Shown here piece after piece: positions 8,787 to 18,291 of a DNA stretch of 64,000 bases. Both the position numbers and the translations under genes were made by a program. The stretch covers positions 85,638 through 149,637 of the forward strand of contig JBQLZK010000009.1 of assembly GCA_052168235.1 (NCBI GenBank), in the 5' to 3' direction. The number at the start of each line of letters is the position of its first letter. The first letter of the stretch is position 1. The notes beneath the pieces are model-generated. The model was not told the DNA's origin and did not search any database. It was given only the letters and a program-made list of their open reading frames with translations. The stretch comes from Thainema sp. GTDB lineage: Bacteria > Cyanobacteriota > Cyanobacteriia > Phormidesmidales > Phormidesmidaceae.

Positions 8787-10346
8787 ATGAGCCAAGCAAC
8801 ATCTGGGCGTCAGGATACCCGACGTTCCCATCCAGAACCGTTACCCGCCGATGCCAACGGTAAGCGGCTGTGTGAATTATTCAACTACCCCTGGCAGTTC
8901 ATCACCGCCACCCTCGACTATCCCCACTACAAACCGAAGTGGGAAACCATCACCCGCTATCCCCTGCGCCCGCGTAACCTGTGGACACAGTGGCAAGACC
9001 CCAATCAGTTAATCGGTGTCCGATTTGGCCACACGACGACCTATGCTCTGATCGACATCGATGCCAAAAGCCAATACATCAATCCAACTGCGATCGCAGA
9101 TCTCCAGTACGCCCTGGAAACCATCGGCATCTGCCGCGTTATGATCCTGCGCTCTAGCTGGAGCGGCGGCCTGCACCTCTACCTACCCTTACCCGAAGCC
9201 GTCAACACCTTCTCCCTGGCCTGCACGCTCAAACACAGCCTCACCGCCCAAGGATTTGAACTCGCCCCCGGTCAACTCGAACTCTTCCCCAACGTCAAAG
9301 CCTGGGCCAACCACTACCGAGGCGAATTCACCCAGTACAACGGCCACCGCCTCCCCCTGCAACCCGATAGCGGCTCCACCCTGCTCGATGCTGAGCTTAA
9401 CCCCCAACCACACGGCACCGATCTCAGTTTGTTCTTCCAGCAGTGGGACATTAGCGCCGATGGCCAAGATCTCACCCTGCTCAACAGCGCCCTCAACCAG
9501 GGCCGCAACCATCAGCGCAAACGCAATCGCCACCATAATCCCCACAGCCACATCGTCGCCACCTGGCAAGCCGACCTCGAAGACGAAATCGCCCAAGGCT
9601 GGACGGACTATAGCCAAACCAACCACCTGCTCAAAACCATCGCCTGCTACGGCGTCGTTTTCCAGCAGCTCAGCGGCGATGACCTAATCGACTACATCCA
9701 GCACACCGCCACCCATAGCCCCGGCTACGACCAATGGTGCCGCCACCGCCACGAAATTCGAGCGCGAGCCAAAGCCTGGGCCAAAGCCGCCGAGAGCTAC
9801 TATTGGCCTCTTGGCAGTAACCCCAAACGCAACACCGAGCATTCCCAACTAGACGGCACCAACAACATCGTCAACTTTAACCAAGAGCGAGCCACCGACG
9901 CACAGAACCGAATTCGAGCCGCTGTGGAACAACTGAGAGCCGATAACCAGCTACCGGACGGAATTACTGCTAGAGCAACTGCGATCGCACCCGTTGCCAA
10001 TACGAGTCGCAAAACGCTCTATAAACCTCGCAATTTAGCCCTGTGGCATCCACAGCATGAGGAGGAGAACCAACAGGTACAGTCTTCAAATCCCGATACG
10101 AAGCAGCGATCGTGTGAACGACCAGACTCCACAAGCAATCCAGCCCATGATCCGACCCATCAGCCGAATTCCGCTCAACGGCTGAAACGACCACACCGCA
10201 AGAAAGTACACACCCTCAAGAAAAATATGAAAGGTAGCCTACTGCCAGCAGCACAATCTAGGTTTCCGGGAAATTTGCGCATCAATCAAAGCCAAGGGCT
10301 ACCAAAATTCCAGATACATCATCCACAAACAGATATCACAGACTGA
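8787..10346 (+). CDS. AEP-superfamily primase-like protein (putative plasmid replication protein), copy A
   Basis: ALIDID (motif I DxD), SSWSGGLHLY (motif II His), GQLELFPN, and a helical C-terminal region. Confidence 0.7.
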   Translation: MSQATSGRQDTRRSHPEPLPADANGKRLCELFNYPWQFITATLDYPHYKPKWETITRYPLRPRNLWTQWQDPNQLIGVRFGHTTTYALIDIDAKSQYINPTAIADLQYALETIGICRVMILRSSWSGGLHLYLPLPEAVNTFSLACTLKHSLTAQGFELAPGQLELFPNVKAWANHYRGEFTQYNGHRLPLQPDSGSTLLDAELNPQPHGTDLSLFFQQWDISADGQDLTLLNSALNQGRNHQRKRNRHHNPHSHIVATWQADLEDEIAQGWTDYSQTNHLLKTIACYGVVFQQLSGDDLIDYIQHTATHSPGYDQWCRHRHEIRARAKAWAKAAESYYWPLGSNPKRNTEHSQLDGTNNIVNFNQERATDAQNRIRAAVEQLRADNQLPDGITARATAIAPVANTSRKTLYKPRNLALWHPQHEEENQQVQSSNPDTKQRSCERPDSTSNPAHDPTHQPNSAQRLKRPHRKKVHTLKKNMKGSLLPAAQSRFPGNLRINQSQGLPKFQIHHPQTDITD

Positions 10347-11732
10347 AAAATTCACGAATTCCGGCCCAACCAACCGATATTCCGCTGAATTACGAACCTG
10401 ATCTAACAAAAAATCAGACACAAACGAGCTGTATTGCTTATCCTCTGGGGAATTACCATCATCGGCACATAATAAGCTTGGGGATAAGGCTTTCTCTTCT
10501 ACATCCAGCTTTTCTGCCTTGATCTGATCCGTTTGATGTTTTTCCAGATCCTCTGGATGCCATAGATCCCGATGTCGATATAAACTTCCTCCACCAATTC
10601 CATAGCTTGTTAAGATCTTGAATCGTTCTGTTGTTTGGCTCGGTAACTGATTCTTTTCTAAAAGATCTGCGATCGCAGCCTGAATTTTTTTACGAGTATC
10701 TTCAGATTTCTGTTGATTCCAACTCGTTCCTTTAGGCTGTTCCGACAAAGTTTTATACTTTCCTTTTGAATAGCCATAGTGAAAGTAGTGACTTGATTCA
10801 ATACATTTAGCCCACTCTTCTATCCGAGACTCTATCTCATGTTGATGCCTGCACCACTCTTTATACCCGGGCAAGGATGTAGCGATTTGAAGAATGTTTT
10901 CAATCAGTCTTTTTCCGTCTAGCGGTGGTTCATTCGTCAAAATATGATGAAAGATATACGATCTCATCGTAATCCGACCGAGCAGCCGATTAGTTTGACC
11001 AAACCCAGTCCAACCCGCTTCAACTTCTGTGTTTAAATCGTCTAGAAATTTCTGAGCTCGTCCAGAGAGTTGATAATAATACTGCCTCTGAACTTGCCTT
11101 AAAATTGCAGCAAGTTGCTTTTGATCAACTTTGTTTTGAGTTTGGCAGTACTGCCATTGGCGCACAAAAAGAGACTGACAGCTCCAAACTGGTTCAAAAT
11201 CACTGTTCAGCAAGTATGAGCCAATTTGAAGCGGTAATCGGTGAGCGTTAAATAGACTGAGTGTTCCATCCCCAGGGTAAGTCCGTCGGTTTGGAAAAAG
11301 CTCCAGTTGACCGGGTGACAGTTTAAAGCCCGAATGCTCTAACAAATATGAAACAGCATTCGCAAGTTGCCACGATTTAATCGTCTTTTGCAGTGGGAAG
11401 TAAAGGTGTAAGCCATTACTGTAGCTTGATGTGCAGGTGATATGCGTTGAGATGCCTAAAGGTTCAAGCGCCTCTAGGATTTTTGCGATCGCAAAGGGAT
11501 CAGTGTTTGGATGGTACTGGCTGCCAATATCAATATCGAGCAAAAAATAGTTTGTAGTCGAGCCAGGACGGACACCAAAGAGTTGTTTCCCCTGCTGAAT
11601 GAGGCGATCTGACAGAGGATATCGGGTTTCAGTGTGCCATTGGGGAGACTCTCCTGCTTCTGGATAGGGAGCATAGATAAAGTCATAACGATTCGGGAAG
11701 AGAGACAAAAACTCGTCGTCCCACTCCTGCAC
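10299..11732 (-). CDS. AEP-superfamily primase-like protein, copy B (paralog of 8787-10346)
   Basis: LLDID, SSYSNGLHLY, PGQLELFPN, HRLPLQ, GWT..QTNRLL and PGYKEWCRHQHEI all match copy A. Confidence 0.7.
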   Translation of the reverse strand: MQEWDDEFLSLFPNRYDFIYAPYPEAGESPQWHTETRYPLSDRLIQQGKQLFGVRPGSTTNYFLLDIDIGSQYHPNTDPFAIAKILEALEPLGISTHITCTSSYSNGLHLYFPLQKTIKSWQLANAVSYLLEHSGFKLSPGQLELFPNRRTYPGDGTLSLFNAHRLPLQIGSYLLNSDFEPVWSCQSLFVRQWQYCQTQNKVDQKQLAAILRQVQRQYYYQLSGRAQKFLDDLNTEVEAGWTGFGQTNRLLGRITMRSYIFHHILTNEPPLDGKRLIENILQIATSLPGYKEWCRHQHEIESRIEEWAKCIESSHYFHYGYSKGKYKTLSEQPKGTSWNQQKSEDTRKKIQAAIADLLEKNQLPSQTTERFKILTSYGIGGGSLYRHRDLWHPEDLEKHQTDQIKAEKLDVEEKALSPSLLCADDGNSPEDKQYSSFVSDFLLDQVRNSAEYRLVGPEFVNFSVCDICLWMMYLEFW

Positions 11733-12257
11733 ATACCTAAATCGGTCAGTGGCAACCGTGCTAACGATATGCCACCTCCGCTACAGCCACTGCAGCTGGG
11801 CACCAAAAACGAAGCTGACCCAATACTTTGGGTGCACTTAGCGCCTTTCGTTGGCGCTTGCGACAATTAGCTTGCCTAACCATTAGTACAGCCTGAAGCA
11901 TTGAGAACTTTTGACCAGCAGCAACGTCCCAGCATTGAAAACTTTGTTTCAGTGCTAGATGGACTTTGTAATCAATAATCACATTGCGAAGATAGTGACC
12001 AAAAATCTGACAAAAGCGCTGACTATTCAAATCACTGAGCAGCAGTTCACAATTCAAGTTTTGCATTGTCTTCTACCTCGATAAGATGCTGCGATCGCAA
12101 CTGTGTTGCTCACGGCAGGATAGAGAGCTTGCACCATATCGATAGAAGTGTCGTAATATGGACACAAAGCTCTAGGCATAAAGCTCTAGGTATAAAGTTC
12201 TGTGGGACACCTAATTCTTCGCCTGCCACAGCACTGGTTAGGTTCCCTATGAATGTG

Positions 12258-12299
12258 AGATTGAGTCCCTCGCTGTTATACAGTTGAGGGATTTAATTT
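12258..12299. other. Long hairpin upstream of primase copy B (terminator or priming-signal candidate)
   Basis: AGATTGAGTCCCTCGCTGT-TAT-ACAGTTGAGGGATTTAATTT. Confidence 0.45.
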
Positions 12300-12480
12300 A
12301 TGGCTACTGTTAGGTCATTTCTTACGCCTCAGCAAAAGCATAAAAGTAGTTATAGCAAGCGCTTTGATGACAAAATACGGCCATGACGCGCTCCTAAAGC
12401 AGCTTTTGTAATCAAAAATGGGTTGATCTGACGGCGCGGATCGTCAAACGACTCGAAATCTCGTCGGCATCAAAACAGAT

Positions 12481-13404
12481 CGTCCCAAGGGTCTAGATTT
12501 TTTGTCCCAGGGGGTCTAGATTTTTTGTCCTGTGGTTCTAGAAAACGGTGTAATCATTGCGGCTCTGTCATCAAACGCAATACTAAACTTCAGCACAAAG
12601 GCTGTATTCTTCTCCAGACAAGCATTTCGACTTCTGTATTAACCTCTAACGATAAGCAAAAGGACAAGGGCCGACATGAAGAGGCATCTGCTTGTAACTT
12701 GCCATTACGAGAATTGATATCAGTCACTAGATTCTGTATGTTCCAGGGTTTTAGAGCAATTGTGTAATCGCTTAGCTTTGTCCCAGGGCTTTAGAGGAAG
12801 CTGTAATCAACGCTATCTCTGTAATCAAGTCGTATGTCCTAAGGCTCTAGAATCACCTGTAATCAAACTCCGAAATCTGTAATCAGGTTCTGTATGTCCC
12901 AGGGTTTTAGAGCAATTTGTAATCACCACGTATAGATCAGTAGAAAGCACGTCCCGAGGGTTTAGAGCAATTTGTAATCAACTTTGGCTAATTTGAACTT
13001 CAGAACGAAGGGCACTATAGCAAGCCATATTGATTAGGACGTTGGGAAACTCTGAGAACGTTCGAGCGGTTCAGCGTTAGATTCTGCAAATGTCTCAACA
13101 AAAGAGCGACGCCGTAGTTACATCTCTTGATGCTCAACCAAGTTGTACTAGGTCCGTGTATAGGAACATTGTTTATTTTGTGTGAAATGCTTGCTGAGCA
13201 AGCATTTCACACAAAATAAACAATGGAGTTTTACCAAATCTCATATTACTACTAAGGTTCTACATGTCCCAACGGTCTAGAAGACTATGTAATCAAAGGT
13301 TCTGTAGCATAGGTTTATGTCCCGACGGTCTAGAGCGACTTGTAGTCAAGCTGTCGCCTGTAATCAGGTTATACGTCTTGGGGGGTCTAGAACACTTGTA
13401 ATCA
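12481..13404 (+). repeat. Iteron-like direct-repeat array (putative oriV); unit YGTCCCNNGGNYYTAGA-N6-TGTAATCA
   Basis: Full units start at 12526, 12739, 12779, 12835, 12895, 12950, 13265, 13318 and 13374. Half units at 12481 and 12503. Extra TGTAATCA at 12407, 12820, 12878 and 13359. Confidence 0.85.
13167..13225. repeat. Perfect 59-bp palindrome (29-bp arms, 1-nt centre)
   Basis: CATTGTTTATTTTGTGTGAAATGCTTGCT-G-AGCAAGCATTTCACACAAAATAAACAATG. Confidence 0.95.
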
Positions 13405-13419
13405 AAATTAGTGTCGCCG

Positions 13420-14847
13420 CTACATGAACTCGAATGCCCGTTGTAAGGCGGCTTCAGTTTCAGCAGTAATTTGGCGCTCTCCTTTTTCGATGAGCGAAAT
13501 CAGAGATTGGCTCAAACCGGTGAAGGAAGCGAGTTTGCGCTGCGACCAACCGCGCTGATTACGCTGTTTTTTGACATCAGCACTAGTCATTACAACTATG
13601 CTGGATTCACTCTCTGTATCCGTCTGCAAATCAGCATCAATCTGAGACGGTAGTGATAACGAAAACCAGTCATCCGGTGGACTAATCCATACTTTCGCCG
13701 TTAATAGCTGTTCAAAAAAACCTTTAGGGCGATTTGCCGTTTCTCGACCCAACCCATAGGGCCGAATATCGTTAGGGTAGGTTTCGGCATCAAATTGAAT
13801 TCCCCAACCCTGATCTCTCAGTACAAACAAATCCTCATCCCAAGCATTGGCAATTCTGGAGCGAATCTTTCGATTTGAGATCGCTTGGTTCAGTCTCTCG
13901 CTACTATAAGCCACTTCCATCAACGTTTTTACATCGTAGGGATAAAGCTGATTCTGCTGAGATTTAAACAGGAGCCAGATCATTAAGCGGGCAGCGCCCT
14001 CACGATGTTGCCAGATACTCATCACGCTCTCTAGCAGAGCCTTAGAGAGATTGCTGTATTGAGGCGAATCAGCTGATCCACCGTCCCCAGACTCGCTCAA
14101 AAAATGCTTTGCCCACGATCCAGGCTTGATAACAAAAGTCATTCCAGCAATATCCTTTGTATCATCCAGTAAGTTCTGCTGATAGTGATATCGCGTTTCA
14201 ATTAAATGCCAAAGTCGCCCTTCGGCAACCGTAAATCCTTTTTGCTTGGGCGTACTTTTCCAAGTAATAAACGTGGTAATTTTGCAGGGCTGCTCAACTA
14301 AGTCTTTGATGAGCTCTAGCTTCTGCTGTCGATTTAAGTCCGTGCGTTTGTAAAGCCCCAGATACTTCTCAAGCTGTCTGTCATCAACAACAATTTCATG
14401 CTCCCACGGATCTTCGACCCGAGCAGCATAAGCGGCATATACCAAGTGCATACAAGCGGCTCGGATATCAAACGTATCAATTACGGCCAAAGCCGCAGCA
14501 CTCGCCAATCCAACGGGATGATCGCTTTCGGCCTCATCTGTTACCCAAAAATGGATCGCGCCCTCTCCCGTGTCAAAATCACGCACATAGGACAGACGGC
14601 CATCCGGATCGGTCTGCCAAGGTAAATGCTTGCGGCGAGTTAGGATATTGCTTGCTTCCAGAAGCGGTAAGGAAGACGGGACAGGAGTCGTGCTGCTGTC
14701 AGAAAACAAATCTGGATGCGTCATGCGGCGCTCATCAACTAAGTTAGATGCCGCTTTTACTTTGCCCCGTTTTTTCTGAGGTCGCTCATCCCGATCTGAG
14801 CTATGAGTTGGATGATTAGCGTCCTGCTGAGATCTAGAAGAAGCCAT
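13420..14847 (-). CDS. Putative replication initiator-like protein with C-terminal XRE HTH
   Basis: C-terminal RNQRGWSQRKLASFTGLSQSLISLIEKG HTH. The gene ends 15 bp from the repeat array. The Rep function is inferred from context. Confidence 0.65.
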   Translation of the reverse strand: MASSRSQQDANHPTHSSDRDERPQKKRGKVKAASNLVDERRMTHPDLFSDSSTTPVPSSLPLLEASNILTRRKHLPWQTDPDGRLSYVRDFDTGEGAIHFWVTDEAESDHPVGLASAAALAVIDTFDIRAACMHLVYAAYAARVEDPWEHEIVVDDRQLEKYLGLYKRTDLNRQQKLELIKDLVEQPCKITTFITWKSTPKQKGFTVAEGRLWHLIETRYHYQQNLLDDTKDIAGMTFVIKPGSWAKHFLSESGDGGSADSPQYSNLSKALLESVMSIWQHREGAARLMIWLLFKSQQNQLYPYDVKTLMEVAYSSERLNQAISNRKIRSRIANAWDEDLFVLRDQGWGIQFDAETYPNDIRPYGLGRETANRPKGFFEQLLTAKVWISPPDDWFSLSLPSQIDADLQTDTESESSIVVMTSADVKKQRNQRGWSQRKLASFTGLSQSLISLIEKGERQITAETEAALQRAFEFM

Positions 14848-14986
14848 ATCGCGAATAGATGAGACGATTGCGGTAAAACGTGCGATCGCAAAAGTAGAAA
14901 TTGCCTAACTGAGCCAAGAAAGACTTAATCCTAACACCGCCTCTGATTTCGGCAACACGAGGCGACAATAAATTACACTACCCCAA

Positions 14987-16051
14987 CTAATTATCTGTCT
15001 CAGTGTCATCTTCTAGCTCTTCAGCTGCGGTGCTGAGTTCAGTCTCAAGCTGTTCAATCGTGGGTAAATTATTTTGAAAATTGGGTGGCAGTTGAGACTG
15101 TAGTTCATAGGTTGAAACGCCAATTGGCTGTTGGCTTCCTTGCAGCGCATATTCCACAGTTGTTTTATCCTTGGCTTTGCAGAGAATAATGCCAATCGTG
15201 GGATCATCTCGTTCACTACGCAGTAAATTGTCTACTGCCGCGACATAAAAGCTCATCTGTCCCGAATGCTGTGGCTCAAATTCACCCATTTTCAAATCGA
15301 TGACCACATAGCAATGAAGATGGACATGGTAGAACAGGAGATCAAGCCGATATTCTTTGCCGCTAACCACTAATGGATATTGACTCCCCAAAAAGGCAAA
15401 CCCTAGCCCTAGCTCCATCAAGAAATCGCGGATATGCTTAACCAGAGCATGTTCTAGCTCCCGCTCCTGAGCCGCCTCGGTGAGGGTCAAAAAATCAAAG
15501 TGATACGGATCCTTCACGAGCTGCTGAGCCAGGTCAGATTGAGGGGCAGGTAAAGCCCGCTCAAAATTCGTCACTGCTCCACCTTGCCGCTGGTACAGAT
15601 TACTCTCAATCTGCATTACCAAAATATTGCGACTCCACCCGTTAGTAATCGTTCGCTGTACGTACCAGAGTCGTTCATCCTGATCCTTCACCAGCTCCAA
15701 CAACCGAATATTGTGGCCCCACGGAATTTGGCCAACAAGCTGTTGGACAATTTGCTCATCAGGATACGCCTCGGCAAACGCGCGCATATTTTTGAGATTG
15801 GAGCGAGAAAACCCCTTCATGTCCGGGAATTCTTTTTTGAGATCTGCCGCTAGCCGATCAATTACCTTTGCACCCCAGCCTTCCGATTCTTGCTTGGCCA
15901 GAATATCCTGCCCAATTTGCCAATAGAGATAGATCAGCTCTTGGTTTACGGCCAACGCAGCTCTCACCTGCGCTGAACGAATACGCTGCTTTAAGCCATT
16001 GAGAAAATCGTTATAGTTGCGATCGGAAAAAAGAGAAGACTGTCGAGGCAT
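14987..16051 (-). CDS. yhcG: YhcG/DUF1016 PD-(D/E)xK nuclease-family protein
   Basis: VNQELIYLYWQIG, IPWGHN, KDPYHFDFL, RLDLLFYH..L.CYVVIDLK and PTIGIILCK motifs. Confidence 0.92.
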   Translation of the reverse strand: MPRQSSLFSDRNYNDFLNGLKQRIRSAQVRAALAVNQELIYLYWQIGQDILAKQESEGWGAKVIDRLAADLKKEFPDMKGFSRSNLKNMRAFAEAYPDEQIVQQLVGQIPWGHNIRLLELVKDQDERLWYVQRTITNGWSRNILVMQIESNLYQRQGGAVTNFERALPAPQSDLAQQLVKDPYHFDFLTLTEAAQERELEHALVKHIRDFLMELGLGFAFLGSQYPLVVSGKEYRLDLLFYHVHLHCYVVIDLKMGEFEPQHSGQMSFYVAAVDNLLRSERDDPTIGIILCKAKDKTTVEYALQGSQQPIGVSTYELQSQLPPNFQNNLPTIEQLETELSTAAEELEDDTETDN

Positions 16052-16270
16052 GGTTATTTGTAGTCGCCAATGATGTGAGACGAGGAAAATTTCTGATTAG
16101 TAAGGATTTAGTTTGGTTGCTTCTAGCTACATTATTCGAGCCGTCATCGTATATCCTAAGTTACTGACTGAGAAAACGAACGCCATTCGAGCGGTAAATT
16201 GGGTGCTTGAAGGAGCAGGGGAGCAAGGGAGAAGTGGAGCAGGATTTGCGCTTGAAGGCCAAAGGATTGC

Positions 16271-16298
16271 GAGTTACCCAAAACGTTTTGGGTAATTC
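16271..16298. promoter_or_regulatory. parS-like palindrome upstream of parA
   Basis: GAGTTACCCAAAACGTTTTGGGTAATTC; the core is identical to the copy inside parB. Confidence 0.75.
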
Positions 16299-16481
16299 AC
16301 GACAAAGACGAAAAGCTCAGTATATCAAGCCTTTCTTGAACTCAATGAAGATAGATCATGATAAAAATCCGATGCTCCTAGATATCAGTTATTAATCCTT
16401 CCAACACTGTCAGTTCTAACAACGACCAAAGCTCCTCCACGTCTAAAGCCTCTAAAGTCCTGTCACAAATCATGCTCTAAT

Positions 16482-16562
16482 TAGACCTCTTGCATGAATC
16501 GAAAAACACAACGTAATCATAGAGGTTTCAGCCTTCAAACTCTGGTTCGTGCAAGAGGTCTA
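16482..16562. mobile_element. MITE-like 81-bp element with 19-bp terminal inverted repeats
   Basis: TAGACCTCTTGCATGAATC ... GGTTCGTGCAAGAGGTCTA (17 of 19 match). Confidence 0.5.
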
Positions 16563-16594
16563 TTCCGTCCATTCCAAATATCCATTCCGAATCT

Positions 16595-17350
16595 ATGAGT
16601 AAAGTCATTACGCTATTTAATCAGTCAGGAGGGGTTGCCAAGACCACACTGACAATGAATCTGGGGTATCACCTCGCCAAGAAGCGACATCGAGTGCTAT
16701 TGGTTGACATGGATCCCCAAGCATCATTAACCACGTTTCTCGGACTCGATCCCGTCGAGCTATCGCAAACGATCTATGAATCGGTGGTGGGTGAGGAAAG
16801 CCTGCCGATTCATCATAAGATCCACGGTTGTGATGTGGTTCCATCCAACATTAACTTGAGTGCCGCTGAGCTAGAGCTGGTTTCTGCGCTGATGCGTGAA
16901 ATGCGGCTCAAGGATGCGCTAGCTCCAGTGCTGGATCAGTATGATTTTATTCTGATCGACTGTCCTCCGAGCCTTGGCATTTTGAGCGTGATTAGCTTGG
17001 CCGCAGCAACTCATGTGCTGGTACCAATTCAGACTCAGTTCAAGGCATTTCAAGGAACTGATTTGCTGCTGAGCACTATTGCCGGACTGCGATCGCGCGT
17101 TAACCGCTCACTTGCGATCGCAGGTTTTGTCCCCACGATGTACGACAGCCGCACCGCTCAAGAAAGCCGAACGCTGAAAGCCATTCAAGATCAGCTATCT
17201 GTCTTAGGGACTGTCTTTGATCCCATTCCAAAATCGATTGCTTTTGCGGATGCTTCAGAAGCTCGTCTGCCGTTGGCAGTTTATAACGCCAAGCATCCTG
17301 CCGTTCGCGTACTGAAGAAAATTGCCACTGGCATGGAGAAACTGACGTGA
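16595..17350 (+). CDS. parA: ParA/Soj partition ATPase
   Basis: NQSGGVAKTT deviant Walker A, VDMDPQASLT and IDCPPSLG motifs. Confidence 0.95.
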   Translation: MSKVITLFNQSGGVAKTTLTMNLGYHLAKKRHRVLLVDMDPQASLTTFLGLDPVELSQTIYESVVGEESLPIHHKIHGCDVVPSNINLSAAELELVSALMREMRLKDALAPVLDQYDFILIDCPPSLGILSVISLAAATHVLVPIQTQFKAFQGTDLLLSTIAGLRSRVNRSLAIAGFVPTMYDSRTAQESRTLKAIQDQLSVLGTVFDPIPKSIAFADASEARLPLAVYNAKHPAVRVLKKIATGMEKLT

Positions 17351-18291
17351 ATACCCGCAAAAAAGATCAGCCTTATACCAGTCAACTGAGAGGCGTCGCA
17401 GCACTCTTGGGAACGCAGCCAATCGACTCAGCCACAGAGGCCGCCGCCGAGTTTGTAGAGATTAGCCAAATCACACTGCCCAATTCTCAACCACGTCGAT
17501 ACTTCGATCCCCAAAAGCTACAAGAACTCTCAGCCTCTATTAAAGAACATGGTGTTTTAGAACCATTACTGACTCGTTCATTGAATGGTCAGTACGAACT
17601 AGTCGCTGGAGAGCGCCGTTACAGAGCCGCCAAGCTTGCTGGGCTAACACAAGTTCCGGTTGTCGTAAAACAGCTTACCGATCAGGAAGCGCTCCAGCTG
17701 GCCCTAATCGAAAACCTTCAGCGTGAGGATCTCAATCCGGTAGAAGAAACACAGGGCATTCTCGATCTGCTGGCCGTCCGCCTCGACACCACTGTAGAAG
17801 AAGTCATTTCACTGCTCCATCGGATGCAGAATGAAGCAAAAGGCAAAGTTACCCAAAACGTTTTGGGTAACTCACAAGGTCAAGCTATCCAAAACGTTTT
17901 CGACTCACTTGGCTTGATTGGTTGGGAATCCTTCGCGACCAGTCGCCTCCCCTTACTCAAACTGCCAACTGATGTGCTGGATGCACTGCAAGCAGGAAAA
18001 ATTGCTTACACCAAGGCAAGTGCGATCGCGCGGATCAAGGATGCCGATCAGCGGCACAAATTATTGACAGAAGCCATTAAGCAACAGTATTCACTATCCC
18101 AAATCAAAGCCCAAATTAAACACATTCAGGCACCAGCCAAACACATCACACCTTCAGCCGATTTGGGTCATCGTGTGGATCAAGTCTACAAAGCTGTAAA
18201 GCGCTCCAAGGTCTGGAATAACCCTCAAAAGCGAAAGCGACTTGAGAAACTACTGACGTCGATTGAAGATTTACTAGAATCTGGACAGTAA
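17347..18291 (+). CDS. parB: ParB/Spo0J partition protein
   Basis: QPRRYF, LVAGERRYRAA and LIENLQREDLNPVEE motifs; 4-bp overlap with parA. Confidence 0.95.
   Translation: MNTRKKDQPYTSQLRGVAALLGTQPIDSATEAAAEFVEISQITLPNSQPRRYFDPQKLQELSASIKEHGVLEPLLTRSLNGQYELVAGERRYRAAKLAGLTQVPVVVKQLTDQEALQLALIENLQREDLNPVEETQGILDLLAVRLDTTVEEVISLLHRMQNEAKGKVTQNVLGNSQGQAIQNVFDSLGLIGWESFATSRLPLLKLPTDVLDALQAGKIAYTKASAIARIKDADQRHKLLTEAIKQQYSLSQIKAQIKHIQAPAKHITPSADLGHRVDQVYKAVKRSKVWNNPQKRKRLEKLLTSIEDLLESGQ
17847..17872. promoter_or_regulatory. parS-like 26-bp perfect palindrome inside parB
   Basis: AGTTACCCAAAACGTTTTGGGTAACT. Confidence 0.75.

Noticed and set aside
9189..9687. Alternative-frame ORFs of 143-145 aa inside primase copy A
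   Set aside because: Shadow ORFs caused by strong C-ending codon bias; low complexity and no motifs.
11474..12767. Short ORFs in the putative origin region
   Set aside because: No recognisable motifs; they overlap repeats or the primase gene.
12481..13404. CRISPR array
   Set aside because: Repeats are degenerate and bipartite, the intervening sequences are irregular and contain repeat parts, and no cas genes are in the window. Iterons fit better.
16207..16395. 62-aa ORF sharing VTQNVLGNS with ParB
   Set aside because: The match is only the translation of the shared DNA palindrome, not evidence of a gene.
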